A stretch of DNA of 64,000 nt from Pseudomonadota bacterium (lineage in GTDB: Bacteria; Campylobacterota; Campylobacteria; Campylobacterales; Sulfurimonadaceae): the NCBI GenBank assembly GCA_043797085.1, contig JAZDQA010000009.1, positions 1 through 64,000 of the forward strand, given 5' to 3'. The number at the start of each line of letters is the position of its first letter. Within the stretch, counting starts at the first letter, position 1. Shown one piece after another: positions 30,354-39,492 of this stretch. The notes under the pieces were generated by a model. It was not told the DNA's origin. It worked only from the letters and a program-made list of their open reading frames with translations, and searched no databases. A program made the position numbers and the translations under genes.

Positions 30354-30980
30354 CTACCCCCGAATCCTGCGAATAGCATTATCCACCGCAAAAGCAACAT
30401 ACGAATCGTTAAAACGCCCTTTTACATTGCCTAAGAGTTCAATATCACGAACTTCTCCGATTTCCGCCATGTAGTCAACGGCTGTCATTGCCACATTAAC
30501 ATCCGTTTCATTCTCCAAAAGTTCCACAAGCATTTCACGTGATTCGGCAAAATTAACATCCCCCAAAACATTGATGGCAAAAATGCGCAAATCACGATCA
30601 CTTCCGATGAGAAATTTCACAATGTAATATTTGATTGCATCCCCATAACTTTGCAGTGTTGTAATCCCTAAATTACGGATATAGGCATTACGAACTTTTA
30701 ATAACTCCATGATCGCTTCGATAGGGGCACATTTAGCATCCATTGCCGTGAGCAAAGAGGCGATATAACTTGCCATATCTTTGTCAATATGAGGATCATC
30801 TACCAACAAATGAACGAGTTTTACTCCACCCCCATCGAAAGAAGCTATTTTTTCTGCCGCATACGCTTGAGAATCAAAGTTCCCTTCTTTTAAATGATAA
30901 TACGCCATAGCTTCCGGAAGTGTCTGTAATGGCGGAAACTCTTCAATGGCAGGTGCTGTATGTTTTTTTATTAATGCCAC
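30354..30980 (-). CDS. HEAT-repeat protein
   Basis: Helical repeats (DRDLRIFAINVLG, DVNVAMTAVDYMAEIG) between cheB and cheR. Confidence 0.8.
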   Translation of the reverse strand: MALIKKHTAPAIEEFPPLQTLPEAMAYYHLKEGNFDSQAYAAEKIASFDGGGVKLVHLLVDDPHIDKDMASYIASLLTAMDAKCAPIEAIMELLKVRNAYIRNLGITTLQSYGDAIKYYIVKFLIGSDRDLRIFAINVLGDVNFAESREMLVELLENETDVNVAMTAVDYMAEIGEVRDIELLGNVKGRFNDSYVAFAVDNAIRRIRG

Positions 30981-30990
30981 ATCATCCCCT

Positions 30991-32049
30991 TTAACGCAAT
31001 GTCTGCAATACGCGTATTATTTTTGGAAACGGCAACTGTTGGGATACGCCGCCACGGTCAAACGCCTCTTTTGGCATACCGTATACGGTCGCTGTCTCTT
31101 CTGATTCTCCGATAGTAAATCCACCGGCTTTTTTGATTTTTACCATTCCGCTGGCTCCATCATCTCCGATCCCCGTTAACAAAACGGCAGTGATTTGGTC
31201 ACCGGAGAATACGTTAAGGGCACTCTCAAACATCTCATCCACACTGGGTTGAAAAAAACGGCTATTTTTATTTTTCTCTTCCCGTATTACAAATTTTCCC
31301 GTTACCTTTTTCACGAAATGCAAGTGCACCCCTCCGCGAGCGAGATAAATCACTCCGCTTGAGAGCTCCATGTGGTCTTTGCCCTCGATAACCGGCAACG
31401 TGCTGACTTTAGCTAACCGCGTCGCAAAAGCTGCGGTAAATTGCTCCGGCATGTGCTGGACAACGCACACAGCATAGGGGAATCCACTGGGAAGGGCTTT
31501 GCATATTTGCTCAATGAGTCCCGGACCACCCGTAGAAGCACCGATCAATAACACTTTTGATACCTCCGCATAAACAGGACGTTGCGACGAACTGCTTTCA
31601 CGATGAGAGGGCTCTCTCTCTCGCTGTACCGGACGTCTGGCAATCATCTTTAATCGACGAGGCGGAATACGGCTAAGAGAAGTCACTTTTGCCAAAATAT
31701 CCTCACGGTTTTCCGATTTTCCCACATTCATGGTTCCCGGTTTAGCGATGTAATCGACCGCACCCGCATCCAATGCCTCCATCGTAATGCCCGCACTTTC
31801 AGTGGTAAGAGAGCTGATCATTAAAATCGGAGTAGGACGCGCTTCCATGATGCGTTTGACGGCGGTGAGTCCATCCATAACCGGCATATTGATATCCATG
31901 GTGATCACATCGTATTGCTTTTCTATCGCTTTTTGTACCGCTTCGGCACCATTGCGTGCCGTTTCGATTTCAAAATCCAATGTCCCTATAATCTCACTAA
32001 GCTGTTTACGAACCAAGGCGGAATCATCTGCTATCAATACTTTTTTCAC
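30991..32049 (-). CDS. cheB: Chemotaxis methylesterase
   Basis: Receiver plus GASTGGP, VQHMP, PSVD, LTGIGDDG. Confidence 0.96.
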   Translation of the reverse strand: MKKVLIADDSALVRKQLSEIIGTLDFEIETARNGAEAVQKAIEKQYDVITMDINMPVMDGLTAVKRIMEARPTPILMISSLTTESAGITMEALDAGAVDYIAKPGTMNVGKSENREDILAKVTSLSRIPPRRLKMIARRPVQREREPSHRESSSSQRPVYAEVSKVLLIGASTGGPGLIEQICKALPSGFPYAVCVVQHMPEQFTAAFATRLAKVSTLPVIEGKDHMELSSGVIYLARGGVHLHFVKKVTGKFVIREEKNKNSRFFQPSVDEMFESALNVFSGDQITAVLLTGIGDDGASGMVKIKKAGGFTIGESEETATVYGMPKEAFDRGGVSQQLPFPKIIRVLQTLR

Positions 32050-33416
32050 GACTTCTCCCCTCGAATAAGCTGAGATACATTGGAATTAAATAACATTACC
32101 AACCGTTTCCCTTCATTTAAGTGAAGAACATGTGAAAATATCCCCTCTTCCCCCTCATCCTTGTACATCAAATCATGAGGTATTGCCATGACATCACTCA
32201 CATAGTTCACCAAAAAGCCAATCCGAGACCCTTGTGCATGACAAATAATAATCTTTTGATCCTCTCGATGCGAAGGTTCAATCCCCAACCGCTTGTGCAA
32301 TGAGCCAATCGTAACAATTTGTCCGCGTATGTTGATGATTCCATCGATCATCTCATGAGAATCTGCAACGGGTGTCACAGGTGTCCTATCAATAATCTCA
32401 GCCACTTCTTCAATCTCAAACGCATACTCTTCACTTCCAAGCGCAAAGATTACGACTTCTACCAATGCTTCTTGCGTCGTATCGGTAAACGTCGTCTCAT
32501 TGCTTACGATAATCTCCTCATTACGAGACACAATCGATTCAATGAGCTCCTCGCCAATAAGAGAAATGAGATGGTCTTCAAATTGAATAACCCCTGATAT
32601 TTGGCTGTTATCATCATCGCTGCTATCAATATCCGACGGTGAAAATTCATGGATATCGACAATCTCATCAATCACAAGCCCCAGTGTCTTGTTATGATGC
32701 TGAACAATCATAATTCTATTTTTATCCCCAAGAATGGGTTTATAATGGAAATAAAGCCGCAAATCAGCCACAACGATGAGCTCTTCTCGCAGTGACATCA
32801 TCCCTTGTATCTCAGGATTGGCTCCCGCAATGGTTGTGATAGCGACATCCGTATTTAAAATTTCTCGAAGATTATCAATCAGCAAGGCGTATTGCACCCC
32901 GCCCATTTTAAACACAAGATAGCGTTCGCGCTCATTGGACAACACAGCAGAATTAAGGACAATCGTTTTGTCATTGACATTACGAGGATTAACCGAAACT
33001 TTTTGAACATGCTTCACCGCATAGTCTAAATCAATCACTTGAATCAATTCATTCTGATGATGAAGGATTGCGGCGATTATCTCTTTATTCGTTTCCAGAT
33101 ACTCAATTTTTTTAGGATCAACGGCGATCGGTACACTGACCTCATCAACAAGCAAACACAATGCACTCCAAGGAGTATTCAGCGTAATAACACGATTTTG
33201 AGGCTGGGTTCCATCACACGAGGGAAACCCCAAAAGGAGATTGATATCAATAACCGTGGCAATGTTACCCCCCAATGCACATAACCCCCGAACCGCATCT
33301 GGGCTAATCGCCAAAGGGGTAATATCAGGAACACGAAGAATTTGACCTATAAAAGAGGTGGGAAGTCCAAACGCAATCTCACCATGCCTGAATATCAAAA
33401 CTTCTTCGAAAAACAT
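32046..33416 (-). CDS. cheW: Triple-domain CheW
   Basis: Three tandem CheW repeats (GLCALGG, GMMSLRE, GIINIRG). Confidence 0.88.
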   Translation of the reverse strand: MFFEEVLIFRHGEIAFGLPTSFIGQILRVPDITPLAISPDAVRGLCALGGNIATVIDINLLLGFPSCDGTQPQNRVITLNTPWSALCLLVDEVSVPIAVDPKKIEYLETNKEIIAAILHHQNELIQVIDLDYAVKHVQKVSVNPRNVNDKTIVLNSAVLSNERERYLVFKMGGVQYALLIDNLREILNTDVAITTIAGANPEIQGMMSLREELIVVADLRLYFHYKPILGDKNRIMIVQHHNKTLGLVIDEIVDIHEFSPSDIDSSDDDNSQISGVIQFEDHLISLIGEELIESIVSRNEEIIVSNETTFTDTTQEALVEVVIFALGSEEYAFEIEEVAEIIDRTPVTPVADSHEMIDGIINIRGQIVTIGSLHKRLGIEPSHREDQKIIICHAQGSRIGFLVNYVSDVMAIPHDLMYKDEGEEGIFSHVLHLNEGKRLVMLFNSNVSQLIRGEKS

Positions 33417-33421
33417 GAAAC

Positions 33422-35308
33422 TTATCCTTGTTGAAGTTCATCTGCCATAACAGCCAACTCTTCAACCCCATCAGAGATGTGACTCACTGTTTCGATAATC
33501 AATTCGCTGGCTTTTCGTGACTCTTGTGCATTTCGGGCAGAGAGTTCAACCGCTTTTTGGATTTCGCTGATTCCGATGAGCCCTTGATTAAGCCCTTCAA
33601 TATTTTGATCATTAATGGATTTTAGACCCGTAAAACGATCCAACAAATCAATCAGCATCGTTGTGATCTTGTCAATCTCATGAATCAATGCCGTAATTTG
33701 CTCTTTTTCACCCTCTTGATTGACAAGAAGTTTCAACCATTCAGTACGGACGCTATCGATTTCAGCGTTCATCGATTCGATGGTATCGTTGATTTTCTCC
33801 GTGTTGGATTCAGAATCTTTGGCAAGATTACGGATATCGGCACTAACGACTGCGAATCCTTTACCAAACTCTCCCGCACGCGCCGCTTCGATAGAACCGC
33901 TGATAGCGAGCATGTTGAGCTGAATGATGCTGTTGCTGATACTGCCTACCGTCTTATCAACATTACGCGTCTCTTTGACAATCACATTAAGTTCACTGCT
34001 TGCGCTTCCGCCCTCATTCATAGAGGCGGTGAAATCATTACTGATACCGATCATTTGCCCTTTGACCTCTGCAAACGATACTTTAAGCAAATCAAAATTT
34101 CGACGTGCGATTTCGATAAGCTTGGAGATATCTCTGGATGCACTTACGCCGCTTTCAAACATCTCTTTATTTGTAATTGCGCTTTGGTTGGTGGATTGAG
34201 ATGCGGCTTCGATTTGGTTGAGCCCTGCGGTTACCTCTTTGAGAGAGCTTTGAATATCTTCCATCGATGAACTGATCGCATCCGCAGATGCTGCAATCTC
34301 CTCTGCTGATTTCATCGTATCCGTTGAGTATTTGAGTTCTTCGGAAAGATTGTTGAGTTCTTTGATGTCTTCTTCGGTCTGGATAAGTGAATTACTTTGC
34401 ATTTCAATGCTGTTAAGGGTTTTTTCAACCGAACGTGCGATTTCGCTTGACGCATCGGCGATGTCTTTAGAACCGTCATTGATAAGAGCAATCGAGTGGC
34501 TTAGGCTTTGGGTATACCCGCTCATACTGCGTGCCGCTTCAACAGAATAGACGGCAATTTTAGTCAGTTCTTCCATTTTGAGACTAAGGGCAGATCCGCG
34601 TCCGCCCGTTTGCTCGATAATATTGGTTGTCGCATTGATACTTTTGATGATCCCATCAATGCTTTCTTGAATTTTATTCACAAGACGGGAGATAAAATCA
34701 GCATTTTTTTCGGATTCTCCTGCAAGCGCACGCGTCTCATCCGCGACCACCGCAAACCCTTTTCCATGTTCTTTGGCACGGCTGGCTTCGATGGCGGCAT
34801 TGAGCGCTAACAAATTTGTCTGATCGGCAATTTTCGCGATAAATCCAACCGCTTCACCGATATTTTCGGAAGATACTTTTAACTCTTCGGATTTTTTAGA
34901 CGACGTTTTAGCGACGTTCACAGCTTTCGCCATTCGTTCGACCGAAGTGTTAATCGTACCGACAGCACTCATAATGTTTTCACCCGCAGCCAATGTTGAA
35001 CTGATTACGGTGTCAATACTGCTTGTCATGCGTCCGATATTGGAACTGATGGAGCGGACATTTTTGAGTGCTTGCTCACTTGCACCGCTGTTTTCTTCTG
35101 CAGCCGTTGCGATTTGCTCCATCGAACTTTTGAGTTGTTCGATAGCACTGACGCTCTCTTGCGCGTTGTCCAAAATCGTTGTTGCTACTCCCGCGATACT
35201 CTCAGAAATTTGTTGTTGTTTTGCCAATGTACGCTGGCGTCGTTTATCCGGTCCTACACTCCCGCCCGAAGCTACTGGTGAACTCTCTGCTCGTCTTACT
35301 AGTGCCAT
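33422..35308 (-). CDS. Cytoplasmic MCP with two signalling domains (DosM-like)
   Basis: Two hairpin tips: QTNLLALNAAIEASRAKEHGKGFAVVA and QLNMLAISGSIEAARAGEFGKGFAVVS. No TM segment. Confidence 0.92.
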   Translation of the reverse strand: MALVRRAESSPVASGGSVGPDKRRQRTLAKQQQISESIAGVATTILDNAQESVSAIEQLKSSMEQIATAAEENSGASEQALKNVRSISSNIGRMTSSIDTVISSTLAAGENIMSAVGTINTSVERMAKAVNVAKTSSKKSEELKVSSENIGEAVGFIAKIADQTNLLALNAAIEASRAKEHGKGFAVVADETRALAGESEKNADFISRLVNKIQESIDGIIKSINATTNIIEQTGGRGSALSLKMEELTKIAVYSVEAARSMSGYTQSLSHSIALINDGSKDIADASSEIARSVEKTLNSIEMQSNSLIQTEEDIKELNNLSEELKYSTDTMKSAEEIAASADAISSSMEDIQSSLKEVTAGLNQIEAASQSTNQSAITNKEMFESGVSASRDISKLIEIARRNFDLLKVSFAEVKGQMIGISNDFTASMNEGGSASSELNVIVKETRNVDKTVGSISNSIIQLNMLAISGSIEAARAGEFGKGFAVVSADIRNLAKDSESNTEKINDTIESMNAEIDSVRTEWLKLLVNQEGEKEQITALIHEIDKITTMLIDLLDRFTGLKSINDQNIEGLNQGLIGISEIQKAVELSARNAQESRKASELIIETVSHISDGVEELAVMADELQQG

Positions 35309-35338
35309 AATCTTTTTCCTTATTTACTTAATTCTAAC

Positions 35339-35416
35339 GTCATCGGAATGCAATCCCGATTGACTATGCTAACGCTGTATTCACTTCGGCAGTGAGTCCA
35401 GCGCACACTTGTGTGC
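35339..35416 (-). repeat. Structured intergenic element, copy B
   Basis: Minus strand: GCACAC/GTGTGC hairpin; TCACT-GCCGA-AGTGA stem; CAGCGTTAGCATAG; GTCAATCGGGAT-TGC-ATTCCGATGAC hairpin. Confidence 0.75.
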
Positions 35417-35419
35417 TTA

Positions 35420-35848
35420 TTAATCAAGCGTCGCATATAGCGCTTCTGATTTTTTGATGTCGTCACGTGAAGGTTTGATACGGATAGAAACATATTTAAC
35501 GTTTCCATTTTTATCGATTGAGCGTAAAACAGTGGAATACACCCAATAAAAGCCGCCGCCTTTACGGGCATTTTTAACCAATCCGGTCCAAAAACCTTTG
35601 GCTTGAACATCATCCCATAATGATTTAAATGCGGCGCGAGGCATATCAGAATGGCGAACAACGTTATGAGCTTGCCCAATCAAATCAATTGCTTTCCATC
35701 CCGCAACTTTTCCAAAGGAATCATTTGCATAGAGAATAATCCCTTTTTCATCGGTTTCTGACAGTAAATACAAATCGTCGTATAGCACTTCTCCATCCTC
35801 TAAAAATGTTAGCCCTTCAACTTCAAGTGTATCATCCGTTTTTACCAT
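35420..35848 (-). CDS. Stand-alone Aer/CetB-type PAS protein
   Basis: SETDEKGIILYAN, HNVVRHSDMP, LW..W.GLVKN..GGFYWV: Aer-type PAS motifs. Confidence 0.88.
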   Translation of the reverse strand: MVKTDDTLEVEGLTFLEDGEVLYDDLYLLSETDEKGIILYANDSFGKVAGWKAIDLIGQAHNVVRHSDMPRAAFKSLWDDVQAKGFWTGLVKNARKGGGFYWVYSTVLRSIDKNGNVKYVSIRIKPSRDDIKKSEALYATLD

Positions 35849-35990
35849 TATTTAACTCCTCCATCGCGAACCTAAATGTCGCATAGCTTAACGTTAGATT
35901 TCTAAATATTTACTGAATAGTGTATCTCTTATACTTATGGAATAATACAAGTAAAAAAGTGTATGATTTTTATCAAAAAAGTCCTTTATC

Positions 35991-36842
35991 ATGAAAATTT
36001 TCTTTTTAGTTTGTTTTACCGTCTATTCTCTCATCGCTTACGAGGCAGAAAACGGAAAAGCGCTTGTTCTCCCCTTAAATTCACCTCATGGGACGGTTGG
36101 CTTCAATGAGCGCAATATTACCGTTCTGCCTCATCCCCTGAACCCACAATTAGGTTTTGTTATTCTCCCTATTGATTACCATATACCTCCCTCATTGCAA
36201 GAGGGGACATGGAATACCCCTAATGGGAACCTTTCTCTTGATATAGAAATTTCAAAAGCTCCTTACCCGAGTGAAATACTGGTCGTCGAAAGCGCAAAAG
36301 TAACTCCTCCCACGGAAGCCTTAAAAAGAATTGCTCAGGAGAAAGCCGAAGCCGAAAAGATTTATGCCGCTTATAACCCGATACGTTATTGGAACAAGCC
36401 GTTTATCCGCCCAATAGAGTCGATAACCACGAGTGAATATGGCTCTGCCCGTACCTATAACGGTGTTTTAAAAAGTTATCACGGAGGAGTTGATTTCAGA
36501 GCCAAAACTCCCCTCCCCATACTCGCATCCAACGATGGAGTCGTCGTCCTTGCCAAAGATCGCTATTACGCAGGAGGAACAGTTATCATTGATCATGGAG
36601 AAGGGATCTATACGTGTTATTTTCATTTTAGTCAGCTGGATGTAAAAGTGGGAGATACCGTGACGCAAGGGCAAAGCATAGGGTTGAGTGGAGCAACTGG
36701 ACGTATCACCGGACCTCATCTTCATTTTGGGGTGATGGTGCACGGGATTCAAAGCGATCCCCTCCATTTTATGGCACAAATCGAAACACTTTTCGCTAAG
36801 TTACCCATGATGGCACAAAATGTTACAAAAATATCACACTAA
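35991..36842 (+). CDS. M23 family metallopeptidase
   Basis: HGGVDF, IDHG, TGPHLHF. Confidence 0.92.
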   Translation: MKIFFLVCFTVYSLIAYEAENGKALVLPLNSPHGTVGFNERNITVLPHPLNPQLGFVILPIDYHIPPSLQEGTWNTPNGNLSLDIEISKAPYPSEILVVESAKVTPPTEALKRIAQEKAEAEKIYAAYNPIRYWNKPFIRPIESITTSEYGSARTYNGVLKSYHGGVDFRAKTPLPILASNDGVVVLAKDRYYAGGTVIIDHGEGIYTCYFHFSQLDVKVGDTVTQGQSIGLSGATGRITGPHLHFGVMVHGIQSDPLHFMAQIETLFAKLPMMAQNVTKISH

Positions 36843-36936
36843 ATATTCAATAGATAAATTTAATCAATTAATAATCCTTTCTTATGCTACAATTGACGAG
36901 CATACATAACACAAAATTTTATAGTAGGTCTCTATA

Positions 36937-38508
36937 ATGAATAAAAGACACATTTTTCTCTTGTTTTTTGGGATCTTAATCCTCCCTTCTTTCCTCTTTG
37001 GCAAACCCTTAGAAGATATTACGCTTCAGCTTCGATGGCTTCATCAGTTCCAATTCGCCGGATATTACATGGCAAAAGAAAAAGGATATTATCGTAAGGC
37101 AGGGCTGAATGTCACGATTTTAGAAGCCAACGACAAACATCCCCATCCTGTTGAAGAAGTCATTGAAGGACGCGCGCAATACGGTGTTGGCAATTCAGGT
37201 CTCATCAATGAGCGTCTGAACGGCAAACCTGTTGTCGTATTAGCTGCACTCTTTCAAACCTCCCCAAATGTCTGGATTTTACGAAAAGACTCTCATATTA
37301 GCAGTATTATCGATATGGTTGATAAACGACTGATGATGACTAAAAATATCGAAAATGCCGAACTCCTTGCCCTCTTTTATAATGAAGGAATTAATATTGA
37401 TAAGCTCAATATTATAGAAAGCACCTTTAATATCGATGAGTTGATTTCACGAAAAGTAGACGCATTCAATGGTTATTCGACCAATGAACCGTATTACCTC
37501 AAACAACAAGGGATTGACTATGTCACCATCGATCCGCGCAAATACGGTGTTGATTTTTACAGCGACTGTCTGTTTACCAGCGATAATGAAGTTTCACAGT
37601 ATCCCCAACGGGTCAATGCCTTTCGTGAAGCAAGTTTACACGGATGGGTGTATGCATTAGCACACCCAGAAGAGACCATTGATGTCATTTTAGCTCACTA
37701 TTCAAAACTCAAAACACGAGATCATCTCCGTTTTGAAGCGGCTGAAATTCGTAAACTCATGGTCCCCGAACTCATCGAAGTAGGTCACATGAACCCTTCA
37801 CGATGGGACTATATCGCCCAAACCTACTACAGACTAGGATTCATCTCAACAGCACGTATCCCAAACGGATTTATTTACAATCCCAATCCGACCAAAGATT
37901 ACACATGGCTTTATTATTCCCTTGCGCTTTCGTTGGCGTTGCTCCTTATTATTGGATTGATTGCTTGGACCATCTACCGACTCAATTGTAAAATCAAAGA
38001 ACAATCTATTCGTGATCCGCTAACAGGTCTTTACAACCGCCGATACCTCGATGAGACACTGCAAAAAGAAATAGTACGGGCACAACGAGAAAGGATACCT
38101 CTCTCTGTTGTTATAATCGATTTGGATCATTTCAAAGCCGTTAACGATACCTATGGTCACGCCGCAGGAGATGCAGTACTTCAAAGTATTGCAACCTACC
38201 TCATTGGATCGATTCGCCAAAATGATTTTGTATGCCGTTACGGAGGCGAAGAGTTTATACTGGTTATGCCGGGCATGCCTATCGATCAGGCATCCTTGCG
38301 CATGGAACAGTGTCGAAAAGAGATTCAAAATATGACAATACTCTACAATACTCATCAAATTTCCATTACGATGTCAGGAGGTATTGCTATGTTCAATGCC
38401 CACGGGACACTGGAAGATGAACTCCTAAAAGCTGCCGATGATGCACTCTATATGAGTAAAGTAAACGGTCGCAACCAAATCACTCTAGCTCAAATAAAAG
38501 AAGTTTAA
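36937..38508 (+). CDS. Diguanylate cyclase with periplasmic NMT1/THI5-like sensor
   Basis: LQLRWLHQFQFAGYYMAKEKGYY (THI5-like), TM, RDPLTGLYNRR, RYGGEEF with RQND I-site. Confidence 0.92.
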   Translation: MNKRHIFLLFFGILILPSFLFGKPLEDITLQLRWLHQFQFAGYYMAKEKGYYRKAGLNVTILEANDKHPHPVEEVIEGRAQYGVGNSGLINERLNGKPVVVLAALFQTSPNVWILRKDSHISSIIDMVDKRLMMTKNIENAELLALFYNEGINIDKLNIIESTFNIDELISRKVDAFNGYSTNEPYYLKQQGIDYVTIDPRKYGVDFYSDCLFTSDNEVSQYPQRVNAFREASLHGWVYALAHPEETIDVILAHYSKLKTRDHLRFEAAEIRKLMVPELIEVGHMNPSRWDYIAQTYYRLGFISTARIPNGFIYNPNPTKDYTWLYYSLALSLALLLIIGLIAWTIYRLNCKIKEQSIRDPLTGLYNRRYLDETLQKEIVRAQRERIPLSVVIIDLDHFKAVNDTYGHAAGDAVLQSIATYLIGSIRQNDFVCRYGGEEFILVMPGMPIDQASLRMEQCRKEIQNMTILYNTHQISITMSGGIAMFNAHGTLEDELLKAADDALYMSKVNGRNQITLAQIKEV

Positions 38509-39203
38509 TGAAACGAATACTCTTACTTTCCTCTTTTCTAGTCACACATCTGGTCGCTTTTTCAACGAGTAATATCCAATATTTGTACGGCAATTTTAAA
38601 GGGGAAACCTTTCTCGATACACAAACAGGTATAAAACAAACACTAACAGCCGAACATTATCGAGCGTGGGCGTATGGCGATTTGTATATGTTTGCCGAAT
38701 ATGCTTACGCCAAAAAAGGATTACAGTTTAGCAATCTTAAAAATGACCTTTACGGTGAGTTCTCACCTCGCATCAGCCTCAATAAATTGACCAATACTCC
38801 AACATCCGATAGCATTATAAAAGAATGGTATGGAGCCTATCAACATAATCGCGGCGATGGATACCGAGCTGATTTATACGGAATAGGAACCGATCTGAAT
38901 ATTCCAAAATTTACAGTATTTGGACTCAATGTGTATCGAAAACTTCAAAATATCGGTGACAATACGTACCAACTTTCGGCAAACTACTCCCTACCTTTAA
39001 ATGCTCGATGGCATTTCGAAGGATTTACCGACTGGACAACCGTAGATTTTTTAACCCAAAACCAGTTGTTATTTGATTTGGCACCCGCCCTTGGTATTAC
39101 TGCAGGAAAATTAGAGTTGGGAACGGAGTGGCACTATTACCACGAAAACACCTATCATAAAAATAACGATACTTTTCAAGCAATGATAAAGTACACTTTT
39201 TAG
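38508..39203 (+). CDS. Tsx/OmpK-like outer membrane channel
   Basis: Signal peptide, NIQYLYG, EH..W.YGDLYMF, YGEFSPRISL, EGFTDW, terminal YTF; start overlaps the DGC stop (TAATG). Confidence 0.75.
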   Translation: MKRILLLSSFLVTHLVAFSTSNIQYLYGNFKGETFLDTQTGIKQTLTAEHYRAWAYGDLYMFAEYAYAKKGLQFSNLKNDLYGEFSPRISLNKLTNTPTSDSIIKEWYGAYQHNRGDGYRADLYGIGTDLNIPKFTVFGLNVYRKLQNIGDNTYQLSANYSLPLNARWHFEGFTDWTTVDFLTQNQLLFDLAPALGITAGKLELGTEWHYYHENTYHKNNDTFQAMIKYTF

Positions 39204-39211
39204 GATATTTA

Positions 39212-39355
39212 CTAATATTACGCACATTGAGTGATTTTCTTGAAAATTCAAAGAGGCATACGCTAAATGACGTAAAGTAAAAGCACCACCAACTCTTAAC
39301 CAATAAAATTTAGAGTTGAATTATCAAGAAAATCACTCAATGTGCGTAAAGTCAG
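39212..39355. mobile_element. MITE-like element, copy 1
   Basis: 34-bp inverted repeats at 39218-39251 and 39316-39349 (one mismatch); non-coding core; homologous to 63056-63190. Confidence 0.7.
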
Positions 39356-39492
39356 ATATTTATTCTTTTTTCATTCCTGCCCAATCCTAAAGCCGCAACA
39401 ATAAAGAAATTTTCAACACAAATATCTCATTTTTGTTTGTTACATTAAATCATAGATATGGAATAAACAAAGCGGAAGAGGAGGTTTCTAGG

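Noticed and set aside
35320..35679. 119-aa alternative-frame ORF before the MCP
   Set aside because: It overlaps the PAS gene and structured element B, and has no recognisable protein features.
22753..35990. Che operon as an island integrated at tRNA-Leu
   Set aside because: No integrase, no repeat of the tRNA 3' end seen at the far side, and no obvious compositional shift.
39212..39355. Integron attC site
   Set aside because: No RYYYAAC/GTTRRRY ends bounding the palindrome and no integrase or cassette array.
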